A DNA stretch of 64,000 nt from the human T2T-CHM13v2.0 reference genome, Homo sapiens. Positions 18,860 through 39,326 of this stretch are shown in pieces; position 1 is the stretch's first letter, and each line of letters opens with the position of its first letter. The DNA is taken from NCBI RefSeq assembly GCF_009914755.1, contig NC_060940.1. One strand, 5' to 3'. A program made the position numbers and the translations under genes. The notes beneath the pieces were generated by a model. That model searched no databases, was not told where the DNA came from, and saw nothing but the letters and a program-made list of their open reading frames with translations.

Positions 18860-19590
18860 GATGGAAGAGGGGCTATGTCTACCCCGCGGGGCTGGGATGG
18901 AGGAAGAGTCATGTCTACACCCGAACTCCCTGGGATTGAGATGGAGGAAGGGCTGTGTCCACACTCTCCCCACTGGGGCTGGGATGGAGAAAGAGGGGCC
19001 ATGTCCACACTATCCTCCTGGGGCTGAGATGATGGAGGAGGAGGAGGGGTGGTGTCCACACTCTCTCCTCTGGGGCTGAGATGATAGAGGAGGAGGAGGG
19101 GCCCTGTCCACACCCTCACCTCCAGATGCTGGGATGATGGAGGAGGAGGAGGAGGGGCGGTGCCCACACTCTCCCCTCTGGGGCTGAGATGATGGAGGAG
19201 GAGGAGAGGCCGTTTCCACACTCTCCCCACTGGGGCTGGGATGATGATGGAAGAGGAGGTGCAGTGTCCACACTCTCCCCCCGGAGCTGGGATGATGGAG
19301 GAGGAGGGGCCGTGTCCACACTCACCCCACTGGTGCTGGGATGATGGAGGAGGAGGAGGGGCCATGTCCACACTTTCCCCCCTGGGGCTGGGATGGAGGA
19401 GGAGGAGGGGCCATGTCCACATTCTCAGCTCAAGGGCTGGGATGGAGGAGAAGAGGGGTGGTTTCCACAGCCTCCCCCCAGGGCTGGGATGGAGGAGAAG
19501 AGGGGTGGTGTCCACAGCCTCCCCCCAGGGCTGGGATGGAGGAGGAGGAGGGGCTGTGTCCACATTCTCACCCTTGGGGCTGGGAAGGAG
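18860..19590 (+). repeat. Degenerate G-rich minisatellite (~50-60 bp units)
   Basis: GGGGCTGGGATG(ATG)GAGGAGGAGGAGGGGCCRTGTCCACACTCTCCCC repeated about 13 times with a variable (GAG)n tract. Confidence 0.9.
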
Positions 19591-19630
19591 GAATTGGCTC
19601 TCATGACCCCCTCATTCCTCCCCATCCTCC

Positions 19631-20219
19631 TGAAACCACCTTAGCAAAAATTATATCTGAAGAAATTATGACAGTGAAAGAGATCAGACCTAACCACCCA
19701 CCCCTCCATCTTCTTTCTAACCTCGAAACTGTCTTTATTCATTCCTGGGCGTAGTAGCCTCAGAAAGAATTTAGTTTATAGTTTAAACTCTGAAACAAAA
19801 CTGACAATAGCCCTTTTCTGGGAGGGCAGGGACGCGGGGAAACTTCTTGCTCGGGGACCAGCCTGCCTTGGCAGGACTAATAAATTAGCTACAAGATTAG
19901 GAATTATGGTTGAGGGATCATGCTGCCTCTGGCTCCAGGAGTCTGAACCTCCCCCAAATAGCTCCTGGGGATAACATCATTGTTGCACAACCTAAGATCA
20001 GTGTTTAAGATATTTTGCAGACCCTGGATTCCAATGCAGCAGATGACACCACACAGACCGGTAATCTGACTCAACCAGATATCAGCCATCCCACACAGGA
20101 ACAGAAGGCAGCATGAACTCACTTCAGCCTCCCATGATTTCATCCTCAACCTGACCAACCAGCACTCTCTACTTCCTGAGCCCCCACCCACCAAATTATC
20201 CTTAAAACTGCCAAACCCT
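19631..20219 (+). mobile_element. LTR8-like ERV1 LTR, 3' end replaced by an Alu
   Basis: TGAAACCACCTTAGCAAAAATTAT...GACAGTGAAAGAGATCAGACCTAACC...CACCAAATTATCCTTAAAA. Confidence 0.82.
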
Positions 20220-20967
<748 letters not shown>

Positions 20968-20997
20968 ATTATTAAGAAAGCAAAGTGCTGAAAGTAC

Positions 20998-21476
20998 TGA
21001 AGGGATGGGTTGCTGTGGAACGAGAGACTTGGAAAAGAAAGAGACAAAGTATAGAGAAAGAAAAATGGGCCCAGGGGACCGGCATTCAGCATACAGAGGA
21101 CCGAGTTCCCTTAGTATTTATTGATCATTATCGGTCGTTTCCCAGAGAGGGGGATGTGGCAGGACAATAGGGTAATAGTGGAGAGAAGGTCAGCAGGAAA
21201 ACATGTGAACAAATGTCTCTGCATCATAAACAAGGTAAAGAAAAAGTGCTATGCTTTGATGTGCATATACATAAACATCTCAATGCCTTAAAGGACAGTG
21301 TTGCTGCTAGCACGTCCCACCTCCAGCCCTAAGGCGGTTTTCCCCTATCTCAGTAGCTGGAATATACAATCGGGCTTTACACAGAGACATTCCATTGCCC
21401 AGGGACGAGCAGGAGACAGATGCCTTCCTCTTATCTCATCTGCAAAGAAGACTTCCTTCCTCTTTTACTAATCCTA
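20998..21476 (-). mobile_element. HERV-K(HML-2) LTR5A/B-like LTR, partial with internal deletions
   Basis: TGAAGGGATGGGTTGC...GGAACGAGAGACTTGGAAAAGAAA...CAAAGTATAGAGAAAG...GGGCCCAGGGGACCGGC...CCCTAAGGCGGTTTTCCCCTATCTCAGTAG...CATTCCATTGCCCAGGGACGAGCAGGAGACAGATGCC. Confidence 0.85.
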
Positions 21477-21579
21477 CTACATAGACAGAATAGGGGGTTA
21501 CCAAAAGTAAGAGGAGGAACGCGTCCACCCTAGGTACAATATTCATTTATATATACGATTAAAAAAAAGATCATGGGCA

Positions 21580-21826
21580 AGCTGGGCATTATGGCTCATG
21601 CCTGTCATCCCAGCACTTTGGGAGGCTGAGGCGGGTGGATCACTTCAGGTCATGAGTTCGAGACCAGCCTGGCCAACATGACACAAAACCCCGTCTCTAC
21701 TAAAATTACAAAAATTGGCCAGGTGTGGTGGTGGGTGCCTGTAATCCCAGCTATTTGGGAGGCTGAGGCAGGAGAATCGTTTGAACTCAGGAGGCAGAGG
21801 TTGCGATGAGCTGAAATTGCACCACT
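21580..21826 (+). mobile_element. 3'-truncated Alu running into a microsatellite
   Basis: The Alu ends at GCACCACT, then ATCCATCC begins. Confidence 0.9.
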
Positions 21827-22385
21827 ATCCATCCATCCATCCATCCATCCATCCATCCATCTATGTATGTATTTATGCATTTATCTATCTATCCATCCAT
21901 CTATGTATGTATGTATGTATGTATGTATGTATGTGTCTGTCTATCCATCTCTTCATGTATGTATGTATCCATCCATCCATCCATTTATTCATCTATGTAT
22001 GTATGTATGTATCTATCTATCCATCCATCCATCTATGTATGTATGTATCCATTCATCTACCCATCTATGTATGTATGTATCCATCCAGCCATCTATCCAT
22101 CTATCCATGTATGTATGTATGTATCCATCCATCTATGTATGTATCTATCTATTTATGTGTCCATCCATCCATCCATCCATGTATGTATGTATGTATGTAT
22201 CCATCTATGTATATATGTGTCTGTCCATCCATCCATCAACTCATGTATGTATGTATGTATCTATCCATCCATGTATGTATGTATGTATATATCTATTTAT
22301 CTATCTATCCATCATCTACCATCTATTTATCTCATCTATCTTTCTATTTATCATGTATCTATCAATCATCAATCTGTCCACCCAT
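21827..22385 (+). repeat. Compound (ATCC)n/(ATGT)n/(ATCT)n microsatellite
   Basis: Directly visible; explains the ORFs at 21781-22638. Confidence 0.95.
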
Positions 22386-22439
22386 CTCCTGCCCCCTCCC
22401 CCTGTGTATCTACTTGTGTACTTACCTATCTATGGCAAC

Positions 22440-22637
22440 CAGAGAGATTTTACCCCCAGGAGATATTTTGCAATATCTGGTGACAATTTTGGTTGTTACA
22501 ACTGGGGAGGGGTTGTCCTGGCTCCTGGTGGGTGAAGCCCAGGGTCTCTGCTCAACACCGTACAGTGCCCAGGATGGCCCCACCACAGAGAATCCTCCAT
22601 CCCCAAATGTCAGCAGAGCCTGGGCTGAGAGATCCTG
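22440..22637 (+). mobile_element. MER20 (hAT-Charlie) DNA transposon
   Basis: GATTTTACCCCCAGGAGATATTTTGCAATATCTGG...TTTTGGTTGTTACAACTGGGG...CCCCAAATGTCAGCAGAGCC...TGAGAGATCCTG. Confidence 0.85.
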
Positions 22638-23349
22638 AAATAGACAAGCATTTCCTTCTCTCAGGTGTAGATTTGATAACTCTACAAAATGTCCATTCCC
22701 TGCCACTTTCTCTGATTTTTCACTATTACAGTTCCCCCAAATAGAACGTCGGAACTAACCACAATCACAAATACACTCAGAGCTAAAGCTGCATGGCCCC
22801 CTATTGGAGGAAAAACAGGACCCAAGAAACAATTCCTGGCATCCAACTGACCCTTGCAGGTTTCACTAGAACATTCAGAAGTCACTGTGGCTGTCCCCAC
22901 GGGCCCAGAGTCATTGTGAGAAGCTCAGAGAGGCTGGGGACCCCGCGGACAGCAGCTGGGCATGGAGTCCTGCCTTTGTGCAAAAGTCTTTCAAATTCAA
23001 ATCTCCCTCCCTCCCCTGGGCTGTAAAATCCCTCCTCCCACCAGTAACACAGCTCTCCCTGGATTTACAGCTGCAATGTTTACCACCAGCCTGCTGAGCT
23101 CAGAGCTTAGAGCCAGGCTTACCCTTTCAGAGCGAATTTTCACTGAGGCCAGTCTACTTTCCAAGCAGACTCTAAGAATGTCTTCTAAGCTGTGCCATAA
23201 CTGTCCAAGTGGTTCTTCCTGCCTGCTGAATAAAGACTCACAGCATTGCTGTAGACAAAGAATTTAAGAGACACAAGACCAGCCATGCCATGTGGGAGGT
23301 GGAGTACCTATTCAAAGCTCAGAGATTACGGGTTTTTCAAAGGCAGTTT

Positions 23350-24395
<1,046 letters not shown>

Positions 24396-24529
24396 ATGGC
24401 TGTGATCATTGCAAGGAAATATCAAATGCCCAGGAGTAAAGTTGATAATAAACACACTGAGTGACTAGAGAAGCAACTGCAGACATTCTAGGCACGTGAA
24501 AGAATCCTTTAAGTACAGAAGGTGGGAAA

Positions 24530-24967
24530 TGCAGAAGAAAAACATCTTGAGGTCCCCAAAATCACAAAACTAAAGGGAAAATTGAAGCTGGAAACTGAGG
24601 AGTGTAAAGCTGCCTCCAGTTCTATTCAAAGTCACCTCTCTGCTCATTGACATAGATGTATATCTCATAACCCCCTTTGGAAAGGCTTATGAGACACTCA
24701 AAACAATGCAACCATTTGTGTCTCACCTACCTGTGACCTGGAGGCCCCTCTCTGCTTTCAGTTGTCTCCATCTTTCTGGACAGAACTAATGTACCTGTTA
24801 TATATATATTGATGGAGGCCTCATATCTCCCTAAAATAGAAGAAGCCCAGCTGTGCCCCAACCACCTTGGCCCCATGTCACTAGGACCTCCTGACACTGT
24901 GTTGTGGGTCTACGTCCTCAACTTTGGCAAAATAAACTTTCTAAATGAACTGAGACCTGTCTCGGAT

Positions 24968-24968
<1 letters not shown>
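24530..24968 (+). mobile_element. MER4A-like ERV1 LTR
   Basis: CCCCAAAATCAC...AAAGGGAAAA...TTCTATTCAAAGTCACC...ATGCAACCATTTGT...CCTACCTGTGACCTGGA...CTTTGGCAAAATAAACTTTCTAAATGAACTGAGACCTGTCTC. Confidence 0.85.
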
Positions 24969-27951
<2,983 letters not shown>

Positions 27952-28384
27952 TCACCCACAGTGGGAGAGAAAAATTTAAAAAAAAAAACCATTTTAGGAC
28001 GATCCCCATGAAATTGTGAAAACCAGCCACCTTCTAAATATCTGACTGCGGCTGTCAGAAAACAGACTTCAGAGAAGAATACAAATCATTGTATCCAGCC
28101 GTAATAACGAAGTTCAAAGCTGAGAGGATATGAAAAATTCATCGTCTGTCTACTTGAAACGATGGATGTAAATTATGCCACTTTGTCTGTATTTGTACAA
28201 TATGTTTTCATTGGCAAATACGGGATCCGATCATTGTTTCGTTAAATACCTGACAATTCTGTAACAGTTGCAAAGATGGGTGCTTACCTCAGCGTTTCCC
28301 ACTCTAGGATGGCAATAAAACAAAAATAAAGAAATAAAACAGGGTCAGAAAGAATGAGAGCCGGGGGAACCTTTATCTAAATCA

Positions 28385-31082
<2,698 letters not shown>

Positions 31083-31537
31083 ACTGTTTTTCTTTTCCTT
31101 TTTTTAAATAACTGCACCATAGCACAGCTCATGAGTGCTACAGAAAACACATGTTAAATATTTTCCACCAAATTTTGACTTTTTATTGCGGTTAAAAATA
31201 AACAAGTACCAGAAAATCAGATATTTTTGTAAAATGTTAAACACACATTATGGTTAATGTACCTGCACATTGCTTCCTGTACGGCCACAGAGTAATTGAA
31301 TTTGATTCAAGTTCATTTACTCCTGCCAAATCAAGCCCCACCAAACAGGTGTTAGATGTTGTTTGAGATTCAGCTTTGAAATGTCCATTTATCTCTTCCT
31401 TTCAACTTCTGGATGTGCTGAAGTGGGGAAAATCCTGTGAGTATAATTTACATGTTACTGCTGCCTTCCATGCTACGGTATCGGAGCACATGATGAACAT
31501 CTTTATATGGCACATACGAAAGCAAACTCTGAAATGA

Positions 31538-31749
31538 GGCCGGGCGCCTTGGCTCACACCTGTCATCCCAGCACTTTGGGAGACCGAGGAGGTCAAATCG
31601 CCTGAGATCAGGAGTTAGAGACCAGCCTGGCCAACATGGCGAAACTCCATCTCTACTACTAATACAAACATTAGCCTGGCATGGCGGCGGGCGCTTGTAT
31701 CCCAGCTACTTAGGAGGCTGAGGCAGGAGAATCGCTTGAACCTGGGAGG
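31538..31749 (+). mobile_element. 3'-truncated Alu fused to alpha satellite
   Basis: GGCCGGGCGCCTTGG...GAATCGCTTGAACCTGGGAGG then alphoid GCTTTGAGGCC with no tail. Confidence 0.93.
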
Positions 31750-31764
31750 GGACGGCTTTGAGGC

Positions 31765-31781
31765 CTTCGGTGGAAACGGGA
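31765..31781 (+). other. CENP-B box (core intact)
   Basis: CTTCGGTGGAAACGGGA matches NTTCGNNNNANNCGGGN. Confidence 0.85.
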
Positions 31782-32790
31782 ATATCTTCACATAAAAACT
31801 AGACAGAAGTGTTCTCAGAAACAACTTTGTTATGTGTGCATTCAACTCACATAGTTGAATCTATCTTTTGATAAAGCAGTTTTGAAACACTCTTTTTGTA
31901 GAATCTGCAAGTGGATATTTGGAGCGCTTTGAGGCCTATGGTAGAAATGGAAATATCTTCATATAAAAACTAGACAGAAGCATTCTCAGAAACTGCTATG
32001 TGATGTGTGCATTCAACTCACAGAGTTGAACCTTTCTTTTGATAGAGCAGTTTTGAAACACTCTTTTTGTTGAATCTGCAGGTGGATATTTGGACTGCTT
32101 TGAGGCCTTCGTTGGAAATGGGAATATCTTCATATAAAAACTAGACAGAAGCATTCTCAGAAACTTCTTTTTGATGTGTGCATTCAACACAGAGATTTGA
32201 AACTTCCTTTTCATAGAGCAGTTTTGAAACACTCTTTTTGTAGAATCTGCAAGTGAATATTTGGAGCGCTTTGAGGCCTATGGTAGAAAAGGAAATATCT
32301 TAATATAAAAACTAGACAGAAGCATTCTCAGAAACTGCTTGGTGATGTGTGCATTCAACTCACAGAGTTGAACCTTTCTTTTGATAGAGCAGTTTTGAAG
32401 CCCTCTTTTTGTAGAATCTGCAAGTGGATCTTTGGAGCTCTTTGATTCCTACGGTGGAAACAGGAATATCTTCACATAAAAACTAGACAGAAGCATTCTC
32501 AGAAACTTCTTTGCGACGTGTGCATTCAACACAGAGGGTTGAACCTTCCTTTTGATAGAGCAGTTATGAAACACTCTTTTTGTAGAATTTGCAAGTGGAT
32601 ATTTGGAGTAATTTGAAGCCTGTGGTAGAAAAGGAAATATCTTCACATAAACACTAGACAGAAGCATTCTCAGAAACTGCTTTGTGATATGTGCATTCAA
32701 CTCAAAGAGTTGAACATTTCTTTTGATAGAGCAGTTTTGAATCACTCTTTTTGTAGAATCTGCAAGTGGATATTTGGATCACTCTGAGGA

Positions 32791-32807
32791 CTTCGTTGGA
32801 AACGGGG
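32791..32807 (+). other. CENP-B box (core intact)
   Basis: CTTCGTTGGAAACGGGG matches NTTCGNNNNANNCGGGN. Confidence 0.9.
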
Positions 32808-35800
32808 ATATCTTCACATAAAAACTAGACAGAAGCATTCTCAGAAACATCTTTGTGATGTGTGCATTCAACACAGAGAGCTGAACCTTCCTTTTAATAG
32901 AGCAGTTTTGAAACACTCTTTTTGCTGAATCTGCAAGTGGATATTTGGAGCACTTTGAGGCCTATGGTAGAAAAGGAAATATCTTAATATAAAAACTAGA
33001 CAGAAGCATTCTCAAAAACTGCTTTGTGATGTGTGCATTCAACTCACAGAGTTGAAACTTTCTTTTCATAGAGCAGTTTTGAAACCCTCTTTTCATAGAA
33101 TCTGCAAGTGGATATTTGGAGCTCTTTGATTCCTATGGCGGAAACGGGAATATCTTCACATATAAACTAGACAGAAGCATTCTCAGAAACTTCTTTGTGA
33201 TGTGTGCATTCAACACAGATGATTGAACCTTCCTTTTGATAGAGCAGTTTTGAAACACTCTTTTTATGGAATATACAAGTGGGTATTTGGAGTGCTTTGA
33301 AGCCTATGGTAGAAAAGGAAATATCTTCATATAAACACTAGAAAGAAGCATTCTCAGAAACTGCTTTGTGATGTGTGCATTCAACTCACAGAGGTGAACC
33401 TTTCTTTTGATAGAGCAGTTTTGAAACACTCCTTTTGCAGAATCTGCAAGTGGATATTTGGAGCAATTTGAGGCCTAAGGTAGAAAAGGTAATATCTTCA
33501 TATAAAAACTAGACAGAAGCATTCTCAGAAACTGCTTTGTGATATGGTGTATTTTATCAGCAGAACGTTCGTCTGCATATGGCATTCAGAAGCAAACTAT
33601 ACTTTTTTCCCCCCCTGAGTCTTTTGTTTCCAAATCAATGGGAAAAAACGGATACCCCTGCTCCATTCAGGCAGTTTCAATGATTCTCAAATCAACGTGG
33701 GAGCAGTCATTGGGCCATTTAATATATATAGTGATAAAAAAAGAAAGCATACTTATTAACCTTGTAAAGATTCTATAAAAGTACAAGGGGAACCTTTATA
33801 AAGAATAGTCAAGTGTCCTTTTTATAGAATAGCCCTTTGTACTTTGAAATGTTCATGTCTATAAAATAGAACTGGACAGATGAGCCTAATGCAATTTCCA
33901 TGTCTTCTAGTAATTGTTCCATTAAAACATTATTTTTCAGCACCTTATCAACCAGAAGATTAAGTTACCTCAACCCAAGATCAGTTCCACTTTAAAAAAG
34001 CACTTTTGACCCATATTTAACCAACCGTCAGAGAGTATTCAAAAGAGGGCTAATTGAGCATTGAGTGTTTGAAGCATTCAAATCAAGGCCCAGGTTTCTT
34101 CTTGAAAACAGCAACAGTGCAGCCTGGCAGGAAGCAGGGATTAGACAAAAGAATCGATTGAAACTTGCCTTCCAAACTGGAAGAAAAACTTTCAATAAGA
34201 AAGCGTGAAGTTTGAAATCACTGTATGTTATATTATTCATCTTTCAAATTGTCTCCGGCCATATTGGATGGCATTTTCTCCTCTACCCCAGCTCTGAGCT
34301 GCCACTGTAATTCACCAAGAAACCCACTTTAGCAAGAATGACCCACCCTTCAGAGGGAAGCAGCCACCTTTAGCCGGGTTCTCTTTACCACTCTATTCTG
34401 TCCGCACTCTATCTGCACTCTATCTCTTCATTCTATCTACATGTTTTGCAATTTCCTCTGGTATTCCAAGGCCAGTGAAATCACAGCCTCCAGTAAGGGT
34501 GTTAAACCCGCACATATTCACTGCTAAGCTGTATTTTTAACCCTTTTCACCCACAAATTTCAATGTTCTCTTTAATAGGTTAGCTATGGCAGACCTCATC
34601 AGAATCAAGTTATGGGAAGGCAAACTGGAAAACCTCACGGGGGATTTCATGAAGAAGAGAGAAGCCTGGGTGTTTTTCATCTAAATTCTTGTCCTCATCT
34701 CCCTTACCACTCCCAACAAATACAAGCAGTGGGAAACTAACAGTGATAATCAGTAATCTAATAAGCTCAGCCAGCCTCAAGTTCTGTTGTTGTTTTCCTT
34801 AAAACAAACAAAACAAAAATAAGCATTCTGCCAAAAATTAGAGAGAGAGAGAGAGAAGCTCTCTCCTAAAATCCCACAAGTTTGCTGCCAGTGATTCAGT
34901 ACATACCTGACCAAAAAAAAAAAAAAAAAAAAAAAATTGTTGCTTAACTGGTTTGGTTGTTTCAGCTGGCTACCACCAAGAGAAGTAAACAGGACTTTAT
35001 CATTTCAGTTAAGTCTGGCTTGAGCATTATTTTCAAGTAAATATTTATAATTTCAATGCTATTCCATTGCTACCACTGCTGTCTTTGGATTGGACCGACT
35101 GAAACATTGTCTTGGATTAGCCCAACTCCATAGCAACATGCCAGGAGAGGCTGCACCCTCTTTGCCTGTCCTTTCTGTGGCTGGGGAAGAGAGGAGGAGG
35201 TATTTGGTGACACTCGCCATCAGGACTTTGTAGCTCTCTTGCCAGATAGCAGCTGAATCAATGAATATCCTTCCTTTGCCATTTGGGCTCCAGCCGATCA
35301 GGATTTTTGCTGTTCACTTTGCACATCTCAATGAATTTGACACACGGACATTTTTTTTTCTCTCTCTTCATTCAGGAAGTGGAGAGCTGAGCCCTGAGTT
35401 TCTTTCTGCTCCGATGATATAAACAAATTGTAGAGGAAGTCAAGTCAAACTTTCCCTTGCTTCTTTTGTTCTCCCAACTAGCAATTCAGAAAACAGAGCC
35501 AACTTTTCTTGGATGACTTTTAAAGATTGCTCTTTAACTGGAAAGGCAGAAACCCTCTTGCTTTGTTTTGTATCTGTAAAAACAAAGATTCTCCTAAACA
35601 TGTTTTGTTTTCAAAAAAGCAGAAATGCCCTAGAAGTTAAAAAAAAAAATAGCTGTTTTCTGAGACTTTTCAAACCAAATTGCTCCTTTGTCATTACAGT
35701 TACCTAATTGCTTTTTCTTTCCTTCACAAATCTCCAGGCTAAAATACAAACAAGAGAGCAATAACGATCTTTGCATGGATAATAGCTAAACCTGAATAGA

Positions 35801-36364
35801 AGCTTCCAGGACCCTAATACACAGCCAAGGAAAGCTAACAGTCATGATTCAATAAAGGTGCCTTGTAAGGCATGCACCAGACAGAAAGGAGACACCGTAT
35901 CTGAGTAATCTACAGACACTGCTTTAAACATCACACAATTAAGTCCTTCCCATGGTGGTGGCTACTGGAAGCTTTATAGTTAGCTTGTAAGATTTCATCT
36001 CTGGGTTTCACCGATGGTTCTGAGAATGAACATTTTCAAACCAGAGGCACCTGCTAATCCAGGAGACATACTCACCACACCTATTCTCGTCCTCCAGTGA
36101 AAGAAGCTCTATGTTAAATGACTGAAGGGAAACAGAAGGGAATATGTAACAAAATATATGCAGGAGCAGCCCCGGGTGGCTTCCCATGCTGAGTGTTCTC
36201 TTACATTAATCCTGGCACACAAAAAAATGCGACAGCCACATGGATATCAATATGCCTGCATTGTTTGTCTTCCATCGGCTCTCTCTGTACACAGGTGGGT
36301 AGCCAAACTTCATCACAGCCCTATTCTCTCATGAAACATAATAGAGTTCAAACACAGGCTCGAA

Positions 36365-36530
36365 CTGCTTCCTGAGTCTCAGTGTTCTCCTCTGTAAAAT
36401 GGGATATATGGTGGCTGTGTCACATGGGTTAGAAATAATATGAGTATAGACATAGAGAGATTTCTCGGTTAATCCAATGTGTGGCTCCTGTTAGGTTCTC
36501 GATAAAAAACTGTTGTGATATTAAAATTCA
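36365..36530 (+). mobile_element. MIR fragment
   Basis: CTGAGTCTCAGTGTTCTCCTCTGTAAAATGGGAT core. Confidence 0.7.
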
Positions 36531-37439
36531 TAACACTATGTGAGTTCTCCTGGGTCAGGAAAAACTAGCATTGATAGAAGCTCAACCTTGCAGTATTTGC
36601 AGTTATTTCTGTCAGAAAACTTTTCCTCAGTCACGATCCTCTCCTCCCTCTTTATCTATAAATACGCACATACTGTAGATATGTATAGACTAATAGGTAT
36701 ATAAAATCCTTTATGCAAGTTGTAATTGACTGTGTAATTATTGAATAAACTGTGGATGAAAGGATAATGGTAGGTTCTGAAAGCCAGCTTTAATTCACAT
36801 TTTATTTTATATTCATTAAACTGTTTATTTACTTGTCTACATTCTCCTCTCTGTTGATTATTTTCCAGGAATGCATTTCCCTCGAGCAATGATCAGGCTG
36901 AGAAAGTGATTTCATTTTCATTGCAAGGGAGACAGAGAAACAAACAGAAAACCCAGAGGCCACGACTTCCCGGGAGTGCTCCAGAGTGTGTGTATTGCTA
37001 GTAGAAGCTATGTGCACCTCCACACCCCGGAACTATTTTTGAAGCTTTGATGTAGAAACATGCAATACCTACAGTGACCTTAAATTTCTGTAAGACAAAT
37101 ATAGCATGCATTGATGCAATTGCCATATATTTATAGAATTCAACAATTGCCTTCCACCAACTTTATCAAATATCTGCTGCATGGGGACGGTGCTAGGACA
37201 GAAACATAAACAGCTCTGATTGGCCCATTATGCAGATGAAGCACATGCTTCAAGGACCAGAAAAGCAGAGAGAACCCCGTGCTCCTGCCTTACTGGCCAA
37301 ATCATGCAACAAGAAAATTCAGGAAAGTTAATTTAAGTTTCAACTTACAGATTTTTTTGTCCCTTTGGAAGACATACTTTTACACTTTGTTGAGTTTTGT
37401 TTTCATTTTTATTTGGGTACAGGTCTTGGGATAGTTCGG

Positions 37440-37735
37440 ATTTGTGTTCAGAAAATTTTTACTCCTCCCCACTTTGGAGGAATGCCCTTCCCTGACTTAG
37501 GGATGTTGGACTTGGCCATGTGACTATTGGCCAGTAAGATGTTAGCAAGCGTGATGCCAGCAAGGCAGCAAACTTGGACTCAGCCCATAACTTGAAGCCC
37601 AGCCCGGACCACCCCAGGTCATCTAAACCCCAGCTAACTTGCAAATGTTTATGTGAGAATAAATAATTACCATTTTAAGCCACTGAGTCTTGGAGTGATT
37701 TTTTGCGTTATTGTGGCAACAGCTGAGTAATGTAG
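37440..37735 (+). mobile_element. Old MLT1 (I/J-type) LTR fragment
   Basis: TTGGACTTGGCCATGTGACT...GATGTTAGCAAGCGTGATG...GTGAGAATAAATAATTACCATTTTAAGCCACTGAG...ATTGTGGCAACAGCTGAGTAAT. Confidence 0.75.
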
Positions 37736-38109
37736 GCCTCATAATATTTATAGGTTTTACTCTGGCCATGGCATACTAATACAGATCCTGGGGGAGTCAT
37801 GGGGGGGTGGGGGGGTTAATTTTAAAAAATAATTCAAACTCTTGCATTACTGATTCGACTTTGTTTTGTAAATCAAGGTGAATCATTGCCTTTCATGTGC
37901 TAAATTAAATTAGATGCCCATAATGTTTCAGTACAGCAGCATATGATTAAAGAGCAAGAGATATATGAGATACTTATTTTTTCATCTAGATAAAAACTTC
38001 ATTCCACAAATGCTTCATTCAGAAAAAAAAAGTTTCACTTGTTAAAGGGATACTCATTCAGCTCTTTTGTGCTGGACCTTGAAGACACAGTTTTGAGTAT
38101 TAATAACTA

Positions 38110-38345
38110 ACTCTTCTCTAGTGCTTATGATGAGCCAGGCATTGTTCTTAGTGGTTTATCTGCATCAACTCATTTAACCTTCAGAACTTAATGCAATAGT
38201 TACTATGATTGCGCCCATTCTCAGATGAGAAAACTGAGAAGCCAAGAGGGGAAATGACTTACTCGGGCTTCCATGACTTATAAGTAACAGAGCCGGGATT
38301 CAAATCCAGGCCATCTGACTTCAGAGTACATGTTTTTTACCTATC
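38110..38345 (-). mobile_element. MIR
   Basis: GAGCCAGGCATTGTTCT...CTCATTTAACCT...CCCATTCTCAGATGAGAAAACTGAG...GAGCCGGGATTCAAATCCAGG. Confidence 0.85.
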
Positions 38346-38349
38346 ATGA

Positions 38350-39010
<661 letters not shown>

Positions 39011-39049
39011 GCTGAAGGGGTGAGTATGTCTTTTACTTATTGCCATAGG

Positions 39050-39215
39050 AGGGTAGCTGGTCAGCAAATTTTTTGTAAAGAGCCAAATAGCAAATTCTTT
39101 AGGTTTTGTAGGCCATGTAGCCTCTAATGCAATTACTGAACTCAGACATTGTCGCACAAAAGCGTCCATGTAGAATAAGCATAGCTGTGTTCCAGTAAAA
39201 CAGTATATGCAGACA
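39050..39215 (+). mobile_element. MER58A (hAT) element
   Basis: GGTCAGCAAATTTTTTGTAAAGAGCCAAATAGCAAATTCTTTAGGTTTTGTAGGCCAT...GCTGTGTTCCAGTAAAAC. Confidence 0.8.
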
Positions 39216-39326
39216 CTGAAATGTACCTTTCAGTGTTGCAGTTCCACAAACAGCAAGCATGTGTGTGAGAACACACAGGATGGTCACAGTTAGTGCATTT
39301 CCAACAAATCCGGTGGCCTTTCATGA

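Larger units (their letters stand above)
31750..33546. repeat. Alpha satellite island, about 10.5 x 171-bp monomers with A/B alternation
   Basis: CATTCTCA(G/A)AAAC register at 31810, 31981, 32152, 32323, 32494, 32665, 32836, 33007, 33178, 33349 and 33520 (exact 171-bp steps). Canonical alphoid motifs throughout. Confidence 0.98.

Noticed and set aside
20998-21476. SVA element
   Set aside because: No CCCTCT hexamer, Alu-like domain, VNTR or poly-A, and it includes the LTR terminus that SINE-R lacks.
31750-33546. Functional centromere core
   Set aside because: Only 1.8 kb, divergent, and just two intact CENP-B boxes.
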